This document shows positions 47,735 through 57,559 of a stretch of 64,000 bases of DNA, in pieces (positions within the stretch are counted from its first letter, which is position 1; every line of letters starts with the position of its first letter). The position numbers and the translations under genes were made by a program. The DNA comes from Candidatus Latescibacterota bacterium (lineage in GTDB: Bacteria; Latescibacterota; UBA2968), in NCBI GenBank assembly GCA_965222605.1, contig OZ244960.1:3904001-3968000 (forward strand), read 5' to 3'. A model generated the notes under the pieces. It was not told the DNA's origin and did no database searches. It was given only the letters and a program-made list of their open reading frames with translations.

Positions 47735-48931
47735 ATGATTCATAAATTTTCCATATCTAACTTCCATTCGGTCCGCGAAGAAGTCGTTCTTGATCTGCGT
47801 ATTCCGGGAACTGCTCCCGACCTGCCGCGGTTCCGAAGGAGCACAGCAAAGCCGGATATTCGGCTTCCTTCTGTGGTCGTGCTCATAGGTCCCAATGGGT
47901 CTGGCAAGTCAACATTGCTCAGTGCGCTGGTCGCTACAGCCTTCGCTGCTTCATTCGCATCATCCACTGAGGAGATCAGGCCGATCAAAACCTTTTTCCC
48001 CTTTTTTTCTAAGGAAAGCAGAAATGAACCAACGCGGTTTTGCCTGGAGTTTGAAGCAGATTGGCTGGGCGAAGCCCATCAGTTGTTCCGATACGAGTTG
48101 GCGGTGGTATGCGGTGGTAATGATCCTTTCTTTTCTTACGAAGCCTTGTCCCACTTCCCAAAGGGCCGTCCCCGGCGCCTTTTCGAGCGCGGTGCTCCAG
48201 GAGAACCTATATATGTTTCCAGCGAATTTGGTCTTAAACCCGGGGATGATCGCCTCCAAGCAGTTCGAGCGGATACATCTGTGATCGCCACGCTCGCCCT
48301 GCTCAATGTGCCCATGGCGGTGCGTCTTGCAAAATGGATGGAATTTTTTCTTGTGTCAACTAATATCAGATTTCATGAAAGATGGGCACTTCCGACCCAA
48401 ACGGTGATGGATATGTTCGAGAATGATTCCGATCTGAGATCCTGGATTAGAAATCATATTCGATCCAGTGATTTGGGAATTCAGGATATAAATATTTCTG
48501 ACCAATCTGGGACAAAGGAAGCGTTCTTTGACCATCACGGGCTTGATACGCCGATCCCCCTGCGTTTTGAATCCAGTGGAACGAAACGCCTATTCCATCT
48601 ACTGCCTCAGATCGTTGTCGCGCTGCGCATCGGTGTTCCTGCTGTTCTCGACGAGATAGATGGCGATCTTCATGTGGATATCGCTGGCGAAATTCTTAGC
48701 TGGTTCCGTTCCCATGAGATCAATCCTTTTGGCGCACAGCTTTTTGTCTCCTCTCACAATGTCGGTCTGCTCGATAATCTGGAAAAGGAGGAGATTTTTA
48801 TCGTCGAGAAGGATAGCAGTGGCGCAACTCGTGTGCATGGAGCACAAGATGTGCAGGGTCTCCGCCGAGATACACGTCTCTATCCCAAATACCGGGCGGG
48901 GGTGCTCGGTGGTATTCCAAAGATTGGCTAA
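47735..48931 (+). CDS. AAA_21 ABC-type ATPase (RloA/AbiEii-like)
   Basis: GPNGSGKS, ESSGTKR, LDEID..LH, AQLFVSSHN, YRAGVLGGIP. Confidence 0.9.
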   Translation: MIHKFSISNFHSVREEVVLDLRIPGTAPDLPRFRRSTAKPDIRLPSVVVLIGPNGSGKSTLLSALVATAFAASFASSTEEIRPIKTFFPFFSKESRNEPTRFCLEFEADWLGEAHQLFRYELAVVCGGNDPFFSYEALSHFPKGRPRRLFERGAPGEPIYVSSEFGLKPGDDRLQAVRADTSVIATLALLNVPMAVRLAKWMEFFLVSTNIRFHERWALPTQTVMDMFENDSDLRSWIRNHIRSSDLGIQDINISDQSGTKEAFFDHHGLDTPIPLRFESSGTKRLFHLLPQIVVALRIGVPAVLDEIDGDLHVDIAGEILSWFRSHEINPFGAQLFVSSHNVGLLDNLEKEEIFIVEKDSSGATRVHGAQDVQGLRRDTRLYPKYRAGVLGGIPKIG

Positions 48932-48937
48932 AAATCG

Positions 48938-49477
48938 ATGCGTCGCTACAGGGTTCCACTCAGGCGGGTCATATTCATCGGGGTTGAGGGGACGAGTGAC
49001 CGGGCCTTCGTTAGATTCCTCCAAAACTGTTGCGACGAGAAGGGCTTACATCTGCACCTGAACGTTGGGTTGGGATACGGCGGCGATTCAGTAGTCGTAG
49101 TCGAGGAAGCCGCCCGCTATTTGAATAGACATTTCGAAAGGCGGGACATTAGCGATAAGCTGGTGTTGCTTGATGCGGACCGTATTAGACAAGACAAACA
49201 GGCCGGACGCGACGCGCAAAGTGTGGCGTCGAAGGAGAATTTGGAACTCATTTTTCTGCATCCGAACCTGGAAGGGTTGCTGCTCAGGTTGCATGAAGGA
49301 CACGAGAGTCGAAAAATTGTAAACAATGCGGAGGCGGAACTTCGGAAAGTTTGGCCTGAGTACAGCAAACAACTGACGGCGGATCATTTGAGACAACGTT
49401 TCACTTTATCTGACTTACAGCGGGCCGCCCGACATGACAACGAACTAAAAAGACTTCTCGAAATCCTCCGTCTTTGA
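48938..49477 (+). CDS. RloB-like (TOPRIM-fold) protein
   Basis: FIGVEG.SD, LLDAD, PNLEGLLLRLH; directly follows the AAA_21 ATPase. Confidence 0.75.
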   Translation: MRRYRVPLRRVIFIGVEGTSDRAFVRFLQNCCDEKGLHLHLNVGLGYGGDSVVVVEEAARYLNRHFERRDISDKLVLLDADRIRQDKQAGRDAQSVASKENLELIFLHPNLEGLLLRLHEGHESRKIVNNAEAELRKVWPEYSKQLTADHLRQRFTLSDLQRAARHDNELKRLLEILRL

Positions 49478-49494
49478 TCTCTGTCAAAAAGTAA

Positions 49495-49531
49495 AAAGGA
49501 CATGCACTCGATATATGAATGCGTGTCCTTT
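49495..49531 (+). terminator. Probable terminator hairpin
   Basis: AAAGGACATGCA...TGCGTGTCCTTT. Confidence 0.55.
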
Positions 49532-49862
49532 GTAATTTATAACTGATGTTACCCATTATTTCAGATAAGCCATCACACAATGATCCATCACAAAACAAGA
49601 TTAGACAAAGCCATTACGCACAGCGCGTGAGTCCGTCTCGCACCAGACTATCTATTGTCCATCCAACTTTGAAGGCCACTGTATGGCGTATTGTCACAAG
49701 AACGCTTTGCGCTGTGCAAGCCCCCCGCAGGGGCGCCCTTTTTTTGCTTCATTTTTTTGGGCGCGCAAAAAAATGAAGTCGCCGAAGGCATGAAAAATAA
49801 AAATAAAAGAAAAAACGATGGTTTATCACCCAAGTATGCGTAACGTCAATACCCACTCAAAA

Positions 49863-50708
49863 TTATCGATCCACCACACACCGGAATCCAAGTGTATCGG
49901 TTTGGAGGTTGGATTGTCGAGCGGCGCGCGCTGTTGTGCGTACCAGGAAGGCGGTGCTGAACCAGGATCCACCGCGTACAACGCGTTCAATGTGCAAGAA
50001 GTGGGTTTTGAGTTCGTAATTGACGGGGTTATCGCTTGGGCTGCGTTGATAGTACGCGCTGTCGTATTCATCTTGTATCCATTCCCAAACATTGCCTGCC
50101 ATGTCTAATACGCCATAGGGACTGCGCCCGTCGCGATTGCCTTCCCGATAATATGCAACAGGTGCTGTGCCGTTGTCAAAGGGATCGCCGCTGTTGAGGT
50201 AGTTGGCGCGGTTGGGGTCTGGGGCAGCGCCCCATGGATAGATGCGACCATCGGTTCCGCGCGCTGCTTTTTCCCATTCGGCTTCGGTGGGCAAGCGTCC
50301 GCCAAGCCATGTGCAGTATTCGCTGGCTTGAAACCAGTTGATGTTGACAACGGGATGTTCGGGCGGGTCGAAGTTGGGCAGTTGGCGTTCCGCAATGGCA
50401 TAGGGGTTCCAGTGGGCATTGCTGACTTCTGTGTGGTCTATGTAATAGGCTTTGAGATGGACGGTGTGTTCTGGTCCTTCATTGCGTATGCCGTTGTTGG
50501 CGCCCATTTCGAAAGTGCCTTCGGGTATTAAGATGAGGGTGTGTGTCGTGCCCACATGGGTTGTGATTTGGATGCCTGTTTGCGTCTGCGATACAACGGG
50601 CGGTGGCGGCTCTGGATCTTCCGGCGGTGCGGTGGGTTTGTCTTTGCATCCGGGCAAGGAGGTAGAGAGGATGATGAGATAGAGGGTTGTACGGGTAAAG
50701 GTCTTCAT
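49863..50708 (-). CDS. Formylglycine-generating enzyme family (FGE-sulfatase domain) lipoprotein
   Basis: Lipobox LPGC, RLPTEAEWEKAARG, DMAGNVWEW, RGGSW, GFRC. Confidence 0.9.
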   Translation of the reverse strand: MKTFTRTTLYLIILSTSLPGCKDKPTAPPEDPEPPPPVVSQTQTGIQITTHVGTTHTLILIPEGTFEMGANNGIRNEGPEHTVHLKAYYIDHTEVSNAHWNPYAIAERQLPNFDPPEHPVVNINWFQASEYCTWLGGRLPTEAEWEKAARGTDGRIYPWGAAPDPNRANYLNSGDPFDNGTAPVAYYREGNRDGRSPYGVLDMAGNVWEWIQDEYDSAYYQRSPSDNPVNYELKTHFLHIERVVRGGSWFSTAFLVRTTARAARQSNLQTDTLGFRCVVDR

Positions 50709-50833
50709 ATCGCGATCAGGTAGAGAATGTGTGGGAAAACGGAAAATCAATATAATGCATCTGTCCCAAAAGAGAAACTATATGAGATCCAGGTGGGTCC
50801 AATTGGTGATGGTTTTTCAATATGCTCTATCTA

Positions 50834-50862
50834 TTGACTTGTGAACAAATGTTCACTATATT
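50834..50862 (+). promoter_or_regulatory. Sigma70 promoter with operator palindrome in the spacer
   Basis: TTGACT-17-TATATT; spacer holds GTGAACA-AA-TGTTCAC (50841-50856). Confidence 0.7.
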
Positions 50863-50923
50863 CTTCGTGCTCAATGAGTAATGGTTTTTCAATACGCTCT
50901 ACTTGTAACGAAGGCGGGTTGTC

Positions 50924-53365
50924 GTGTTTAGAAATTATCTGATTATCGCGCTGAGAAATCTCAATCGGCAAAAATCCTTTAGTGCGATCAATATTTTGGG
51001 GCTTGCTATTGGTCTGGGCACGTGTTTTTTGATCGTGATCTATATTCAGGACGAGTTGAGTTTTGACAGTTGGCATGCAAAAGGAGATCGGATCTATCGC
51101 GTTATCCGGGAGACCCGATCCGGGGGGCAATCGGATTATTTGCCATTTACGTCGGGCGCGCTGGCACGCACACTCGAGCAGGACTTTCCCGAAGTGGAGA
51201 AAGCCGTACGCGTGATAAGGTGGAGTTCCGTAGATGTGCGTTTGGACGAAAAAAAATTTGAAATGAATGTCTGTGTTGCCGATCCCGAGATATTTGAAAT
51301 TTTCGACTTTCCATTTGCGCGCGGCAATCCCAAAACCGCATTTCCCAATCCAAATGCTATCGCCATAACAGAGTCGGCGGCAAAGCGGTTGTTTGGAGAC
51401 GAAGATCCGATGGGCAAGACCATCACCGCTAAGAGCAATCACCACGGAGGCGAGCGCACCATCACAGCGGTATTAAAAGATGTGCCCCACAATTCTACAC
51501 TGCAATTCGATTATGTTTCAACAGGTGGATTTACGTCCCCAGGCGCGAAATACGTCTGGGAAAATTGGATACCAACCGATGGCTGGCGTCCCGTCAATAC
51601 GTATTTTTTGCTGCGAGAAGGGGTGAATCTAAAAGGGCTATCCGCAAAATTTCCCGAATTTATTGATCGCTATATGGGCGCAGAGATCGCGCGTACAAAT
51701 GCATATCATCTCCAGCCTCTCAACCGCATTTATCTCTATTCGAGGCAGGACTACAATCTGGATTGGTACTTCGGTGATATTGATCGCGTTTATCAATTTG
51801 GTGCTATTGCAGTTCTGGTGCTTGCGATTGGATGTATCAATTTCACAAATTTGACCACGGCGCAATCGGCTCGCAGGGCACACGAGGTCGGGTTGCGAAA
51901 GGTATCCGGGGCGTATCGTTCACAACTGATGGGGCAGTTTTTGGGCGAGTCTGTTCTCACTTCATTGGTTGCACTTGTTCTCGCGCTTGTTGCCGTTAAA
52001 TTCGTGCTTCCCGAGTTTAATGCCTTTTTCTTCAAGCAGATCGAATTGAATTTGTCGAGTGATCCCGTGCTCGCAATTGCTTTGATCGGTATTGCCATAT
52101 TTGTCGGGCTGTTGGCCGGTGTCTATCCCGCATTTTTTCTTTCGGCTTATGAACCCACAGAGACGCTAAAGGGGGCGTTTCGCGCGGGTTTGCGGGGGCA
52201 GTGGATTCGAAAGGGGCTGGTGGTGGTGCAATTTGCGATTTCAATTATTTTGATCGCGAGTACGGGGGTGATCTATAGCCAACTCGACTATATTAAAAAT
52301 AAGCGCTTGGGGTTTAATACGGAACAGATGGTCCTCATGCGCATATTTGTGCTCGACCAGGAAACAAAATCAGATCCGGGGCAAAAGCTCGCCGCTCGTT
52401 ATGTCACGGTCAAACAGGCATTTCTCGCCCATCCGAATGTACTTGAAGCAACGGCTTATCGCTGGTGGACGGGATGGGGCGGGGGCATTACCCGAACCAT
52501 TCGGGCAGAGGGACACGAGGGTACAGACTGGCGTATGCCGCTTCTCGAGATCGATGAAGATTATCTCGATGTGTTTCAAATCGAACTGGTAGAGGGACGA
52601 AAATTTGATCCGATTGCATTTCCCACAGACACGTCGAAAGCTTTTATTATTAATGAAACGGCGGTGGCGAGGCTCGGTTGGGATGATCCCATCGGCAAAT
52701 CTTTTGAGTGGGTTGATCGGGTGAGAAATCGGAAGGGGACGGTGATTGGTGTTGTGCAAGACTTTCACTACAGTCCGTTGCACGAAAAAATTGGCCCCAT
52801 TGCGCTGACGCTTCGGCACCAGCAATTTTACAGTTTGGGCGTGCGCGTCAAAGCCGAAGACATGGAAGAGACGCTCGCTTTTTTTGAAAAGACCTGGAAG
52901 CGATTTGTTCCCGCAGATCAGCCGTTTGAATATATGATGTGGGATCAGCAGTTTGAATACATGTACTATGCAGAACAGCGGGCGCAGGCGCTTACAATGC
53001 TCTCTTCGGGGATGGCGATTTTGCTCGCGTGTATGGGTCTTTTTGGTCTTGCGGCATTTACGGTTGAGCAGCGCGTGAAAGAAATTGGGGTGCGAAAGAT
53101 TTTGGGCGCGAGTGTGTCAAATATTGTGATGCTAATTTCCAGGACATTTGCAATTATGGTTTTGCTTGCCAATTTGTTTGCATGGCCGGTTGCGTATTTT
53201 GCCATGCGAAATTGGCTGGACGGCTTTGCCTATCGCACGGATCTTTCGTGGTGGATATTTGTTGTAAGTGGCGCGGTCGCATTGGCGATTGCATTGCTTA
53301 CTGTGAGCTTCCACGCCCTTCGCGCGGCTCTGTCCAATCCGGTGGAAGCACTGCGGCATGAATAG
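50924..53365 (+). CDS. MacB/FtsX-type ABC transporter permease (duplicated)
   Basis: NYLIIALRNL..QK.FS.INILGL, EVGLRKVSGA, KEIGVRKILGAS, NPVEALRHE. Confidence 0.92.
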   Translation: MFRNYLIIALRNLNRQKSFSAINILGLAIGLGTCFLIVIYIQDELSFDSWHAKGDRIYRVIRETRSGGQSDYLPFTSGALARTLEQDFPEVEKAVRVIRWSSVDVRLDEKKFEMNVCVADPEIFEIFDFPFARGNPKTAFPNPNAIAITESAAKRLFGDEDPMGKTITAKSNHHGGERTITAVLKDVPHNSTLQFDYVSTGGFTSPGAKYVWENWIPTDGWRPVNTYFLLREGVNLKGLSAKFPEFIDRYMGAEIARTNAYHLQPLNRIYLYSRQDYNLDWYFGDIDRVYQFGAIAVLVLAIGCINFTNLTTAQSARRAHEVGLRKVSGAYRSQLMGQFLGESVLTSLVALVLALVAVKFVLPEFNAFFFKQIELNLSSDPVLAIALIGIAIFVGLLAGVYPAFFLSAYEPTETLKGAFRAGLRGQWIRKGLVVVQFAISIILIASTGVIYSQLDYIKNKRLGFNTEQMVLMRIFVLDQETKSDPGQKLAARYVTVKQAFLAHPNVLEATAYRWWTGWGGGITRTIRAEGHEGTDWRMPLLEIDEDYLDVFQIELVEGRKFDPIAFPTDTSKAFIINETAVARLGWDDPIGKSFEWVDRVRNRKGTVIGVVQDFHYSPLHEKIGPIALTLRHQQFYSLGVRVKAEDMEETLAFFEKTWKRFVPADQPFEYMMWDQQFEYMYYAEQRAQALTMLSSGMAILLACMGLFGLAAFTVEQRVKEIGVRKILGASVSNIVMLISRTFAIMVLLANLFAWPVAYFAMRNWLDGFAYRTDLSWWIFVVSGAVALAIALLTVSFHALRAALSNPVEALRHE

Positions 53366-53377
53366 ATTGACCGAATG

Positions 53378-53419
53378 AAAAAAAGGTCTGTGACACTCGT
53401 CACAGACCTTTTGCTTTTT
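53378..53419. terminator. Bidirectional intrinsic terminator
   Basis: AAAAGGTCTGTGAC-ACTC-GTCACAGACCTTTT between convergent genes. Confidence 0.85.
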
Positions 53420-53431
53420 ATGGGTGGTCGT

Positions 53432-54064
53432 TTAATCAGCGGGTTGCTGTATGACGCGCAAATAGGGTTTCACTGCGGTGTATCCGGGGAAGCGTTTGGC
53501 GGCATCTTCATCTGAAACTGTGGGTGAAATAATCACATCATCGCCGGGTCGCCAGTTCACTGGCGTGGCCAAACTGTGCTTGGCCGTCAGTTGCAGGGAA
53601 TCGACTACGCGCAAAATTTCGTCGAAGTTTCGGCCCGTGGATGCCGGGTAAGTGAGCATCAGTTTGATCGTCTTGTCGGGACCAATTACAAATACCGAGC
53701 GGACGGTTAGTGTATTATCTGCATTGGGATGGATCATCTCGTAGAGATCGGCCACTGTGCGGTCGGGGTCGGCGATCATCGGATAATTCACGGTTGCATT
53801 TTGCGTTTCGTTGATGTCGCTAATCCAGCCTTCATGAGATTCGAGGGGGTCAACGCTGATTGCTAAAACTTTGACTCCGCGCTTCTCAAATTCGTCCTTA
53901 ATATTCGCCATGGCACCCAATTCGGTGGTGCATACCGGCGTGTAGTCGGCGGGATGGGAAAACAGAATGCCCCAGCCATCGCCCAACCATTCGTGAAAGT
54001 TGACGGTGCCTTCCGTGGTTTCTGCGGTAAAGTCGGGGGCAACATCGCCTAATTGCAATGACAT
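53432..54064 (-). CDS. 1-Cys peroxiredoxin (Prx6 family)
   Basis: FSHPADYTPVCTTE, YPASTGRNFDEILR. Confidence 0.94.
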   Translation of the reverse strand: MSLQLGDVAPDFTAETTEGTVNFHEWLGDGWGILFSHPADYTPVCTTELGAMANIKDEFEKRGVKVLAISVDPLESHEGWISDINETQNATVNYPMIADPDRTVADLYEMIHPNADNTLTVRSVFVIGPDKTIKLMLTYPASTGRNFDEILRVVDSLQLTAKHSLATPVNWRPGDDVIISPTVSDEDAAKRFPGYTAVKPYLRVIQQPAD

Positions 54065-54251
54065 AGCATAATCCTTTCTATTGGATTGTGGAGGAGATAA
54101 AGACATTAAAACCAGACTGCGTGGCGATAATATAAGACAAAACTACATAGCGTCAAGTTGTCACGTCTATCGCGTTGTTGCATGAGGTGGAGCTTTGGAA
54201 TATATTCGGTGGAAGCAGGCTGGTGGTTTGATGAACTCAAGGGAGGAGATT

Positions 54252-56447
54252 GTGTCCACGATTCATTTTGATAAACTTTCGATGTACGACCGCATTGGCG
54301 AACCCGTTTCGATTGGTATCCCATTTGCCCAGGGGCGACTCATCGACTCTGGGCAATTTGGTATTTGTAATAATGGAACAGATATACCGGTTCAAACCGA
54401 TGTTACAGCGTGCTGGGACGATGGATCGATCAAGTGGCTTATGGCGCATTTTCTGGCCGATCTTCCCGGCAATGCGGCACATGAACTTACTTTTGCTACT
54501 GATGGCAGTATTTCTACGCCTGTTCCCGATGAGAGGACTACGGTGACGCAACGGGGAGATCTTTATACGATTGATACAGGTGTTCTTTCTGTTGATATTG
54601 GGCTCGGTACGGATCTGTTCAAGGCGATTCGCGTAAATGATACCGAATGGTTTGGTGCAAATACTTCTTTTAGTATAACCGATGCAGAAGGCGTGTCGTA
54701 TTTCGCTAATATCGATACCATTAACGTTCTCGAATCAGGCCCTGTGCGGAGTCTTGTTGAATGTGCGGGTAAGCACGTTGGCGATGCAGGTACATTGTTT
54801 GATATGCGCGTTCTGATCGAAGCATGGGCAGGCAAATCTCATATTCGTCTGGACTATCAGTTTATCAATCGGGAGAAGGCAACGAGTGTTGATGTGTCCG
54901 AGATTGCGCTGAAATTCGCCGCATCGGGTGTGGGCGATGTGCGATGTGCTACTGGAGAAGGTTATTATCGCACTGACATCAGAGAAGGTGAGAATGCGCG
55001 TCTTCTGGATGCTGAGACTATTGTTTTTCAGTCTGTTGAACACGTACTTGAGACGTTTTACGGCGATTTCTGGACGGACTGGTGCGATGCTGAAAAAGGC
55101 GTTTGTTTTACGCCTTTTCAAGCGCATCAAAATTTTCCCAAAGGGATTGCAGTTGGCGAAGATGGTGTTGACTTTGATATTTATCCCGCAAGTCAGGATC
55201 CCGTCAAAATTTTGCAAGGCGTGGCCAAAACCCATCGCATGCAATTTTATTTTCATACCTCTGCTATGTCTCTGGACGATGTTGTTGTACAATCGCTCCA
55301 ATTTCAATATCCGGATATCGGTATTCTGCCTGAATCATGGTATCGCGAGGCCAGTGTGTGGGAGAATCTTTTTCCTACGAATAAAAATCAGGCTATTGAA
55401 GCCAGTATTATCAATATGGCAGATGGGCGCAATCAGGGCCTTGGGATGATGCACTGGGGCGATGGTCCCGATCACGGGTACACGCAGCAGGGACGCGGCA
55501 AAGGGGAGCTCGTGTGGACCAATAATGAGTACGATTTTCCACACGCGATGTTTTTGCTCTATGCGAAGACGGGAGAGCGTCGGTTTAGAGATGTTGCGTG
55601 TGTGGCTGCCCAACACTGGATTGACGTGGATTTTTGTCATTACAGCGAAGATCCACTCAAAATGGGTGGGCAACCCATTCATACGGCGGGACATGTGACG
55701 GGCGGTGTAACGCCTTCGCACGAGTGGACCGAGGGGTTGCTGGACTACTATCACATGACTGGCAAACGGGAGGCTCGCGAAAAGGCGATTTCCATTGCGG
55801 ATAATATGATTCGCCATCTCGATTCGCCCAAATTTGCTCGCGCTGGGGGGCAGCAAGCGCGTGAAACTGGCTGGGCGATGCGCGGTCTGATTGCTGTGTA
55901 TATCGAGACAAAGGAAGAAAAATATCTCGATGCATGTGACAAAATTGCCGAGCAATTTATCGAGTGGAAACAAAAATGGGGTGCTTTTCTCGCGCCTTAT
56001 ACCGCGCATACCCTGGTGCGGGTACCTTTTATGATTTCTATAGCGATCAACGCGCTGCATCGGTATTATACCGCTACGGGAGACGATCGGATTCCGCCAC
56101 TTATTGTGGAGGAAATGAGGGATTTGCTCGATCATTGCGTGATGCCCGATGGCAGATTTTTCTATAAAGAATTGCCCAGTCTTCAGCGGCGGGCGGGCGG
56201 TCCTCGAGAAATGGAAGCAGTGTGCCATGCCTACGAGCACTCGGGTGATAAACGCTTTTTGGAACATGCTGCCCATATGATGAAATCCACGCGGCCGAGT
56301 GGCAGCCGAAGTGGCAAGCGGATTGTTAAAGATCTCGTTGGAGATACGGTGCTTTTCGATGGCTCAGGTCCCAAATCATTTGCTTCTTTTTATGTGCCGT
56401 TTATGTCTTCGTACAAGATTCTATCGGATGAGAATTGCCTGACTTGA
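54252..56447 (+). CDS. Large hypothetical protein, exo-rhamnogalacturonan lyase (YetA/PcRGLX)-like
   Basis: EPVSIGIPF.QG, WDDGSIKWL, WGD, WTNNEYD, HWIDVD, SHEWTEGL, RETGW; GTG start after GGAGG. Confidence 0.6.
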   Translation: MSTIHFDKLSMYDRIGEPVSIGIPFAQGRLIDSGQFGICNNGTDIPVQTDVTACWDDGSIKWLMAHFLADLPGNAAHELTFATDGSISTPVPDERTTVTQRGDLYTIDTGVLSVDIGLGTDLFKAIRVNDTEWFGANTSFSITDAEGVSYFANIDTINVLESGPVRSLVECAGKHVGDAGTLFDMRVLIEAWAGKSHIRLDYQFINREKATSVDVSEIALKFAASGVGDVRCATGEGYYRTDIREGENARLLDAETIVFQSVEHVLETFYGDFWTDWCDAEKGVCFTPFQAHQNFPKGIAVGEDGVDFDIYPASQDPVKILQGVAKTHRMQFYFHTSAMSLDDVVVQSLQFQYPDIGILPESWYREASVWENLFPTNKNQAIEASIINMADGRNQGLGMMHWGDGPDHGYTQQGRGKGELVWTNNEYDFPHAMFLLYAKTGERRFRDVACVAAQHWIDVDFCHYSEDPLKMGGQPIHTAGHVTGGVTPSHEWTEGLLDYYHMTGKREAREKAISIADNMIRHLDSPKFARAGGQQARETGWAMRGLIAVYIETKEEKYLDACDKIAEQFIEWKQKWGAFLAPYTAHTLVRVPFMISIAINALHRYYTATGDDRIPPLIVEEMRDLLDHCVMPDGRFFYKELPSLQRRAGGPREMEAVCHAYEHSGDKRFLEHAAHMMKSTRPSGSRSGKRIVKDLVGDTVLFDGSGPKSFASFYVPFMSSYKILSDENCLT

Positions 56448-56512
56448 TTTGAGGCTGACAAATAGTTACTTTTCAAAAGTTGCGTTTGGTTCGAGAATTT
56501 TCGGGAGGATGA

Positions 56513-57526
56513 ATGAAATATCGCCAGTTGGGACGCTGTGGGCTTAAAGTTTCTGAGATCTGCCTGGGTACTATGACCTTTGGCAATGGTGCTGACAAAG
56601 CTGAATCCAAACGGCTGGTCGATCTGGCTATGGATCGCGGTGTCAATTTTTTTGATACGGCCAATTCTTATGCCGACGGTTTGTCGGAAGATTATCTGGG
56701 CAGGGTACTTAAGGGGCGACGAAGAAATGCTGTTGTTGCGACCAAGTTCTACAATCCCGTGGGATCAGGTCCCAATGATTCGGGTATGTCGCGTTTTCAC
56801 ATCATGCAGGCGATTGAAGACAGTCTGCAACGCCTCGGCATGGATTATATCGATATTTACTATATTCACCATGTTGACCAGCAGACACCGATGGAAGAAA
56901 TGCTTCGCGCTCTGGACGACCTGGTGCATCAAGGCAAGGTGCGCTATATTGCCTGTAGTAACTATCAGGCATGGCGTTTGATGGATGCGCTGTGGATTAG
57001 CGATCACAATGGCCTGTCGCGCTTTGTGTGCTATCAGCCGCAATACAGCCTTGTCGTGCGCGATATTGAGCAAGAACTCATTCCCGTTTGTCAGGCCAAA
57101 GGGTTGGGAGTGGTTGTTTGGAGTCCTTTGGCGGGTGGCTTTCTCTCTGGGAAATACAAACCCGGCGAACGCACTTATCCAGGATCGCGCTCTGAAGAAG
57201 GGTGGGGTTATCCCCAAAAGTATTTTGCGGATAATGCCGATGAGACATTGACCGAATTGTTTAAGGTGGCTGACGAACTGGGGCGCAGCCCTGCACAGGT
57301 TGCTTTGCGCTGGGTGCTCGAACAACCCGCAATCACATCTGCTATTGTTGGGGCGCGTACTCTTGCACATTTCGAAGACAATATTCAGTCCGCAGATTTC
57401 CGCCTCGAAGGCGAGTATCTCGAGCGTCTCAACAATATTTCGCATTTGCCAGACCGCTATCCAGAGGCAATGGAGAAAGATCGGGATGTGCAGCGGCTCG
57501 AGGCTGTGCAGGTGTCGGGTAGTTAA
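56513..57526 (+). CDS. Aldo/keto reductase
   Basis: LGTMTFG, FFDTANSY, ATK, SLQRLGMDYID, WSPLAGGFLSGKY. Confidence 0.93.
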   Translation: MKYRQLGRCGLKVSEICLGTMTFGNGADKAESKRLVDLAMDRGVNFFDTANSYADGLSEDYLGRVLKGRRRNAVVATKFYNPVGSGPNDSGMSRFHIMQAIEDSLQRLGMDYIDIYYIHHVDQQTPMEEMLRALDDLVHQGKVRYIACSNYQAWRLMDALWISDHNGLSRFVCYQPQYSLVVRDIEQELIPVCQAKGLGVVVWSPLAGGFLSGKYKPGERTYPGSRSEEGWGYPQKYFADNADETLTELFKVADELGRSPAQVALRWVLEQPAITSAIVGARTLAHFEDNIQSADFRLEGEYLERLNNISHLPDRYPEAMEKDRDVQRLEAVQVSGS

Positions 57527-57559
57527 TATTCATACAAATAAACTGTGGGTGAAAATTCT

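Noticed and set aside
49546-49833. Short ORFs 49546..49776 (+) and 49648..49833 (-)
   Set aside because: They run through a palindromic low-complexity element and have no protein-like features
55335-56276. 313-aa minus-strand ORF (similarly 60775..61725, 34040..34900, 30506..31288)
   Set aside because: Antisense shadows of well-supported plus-strand genes
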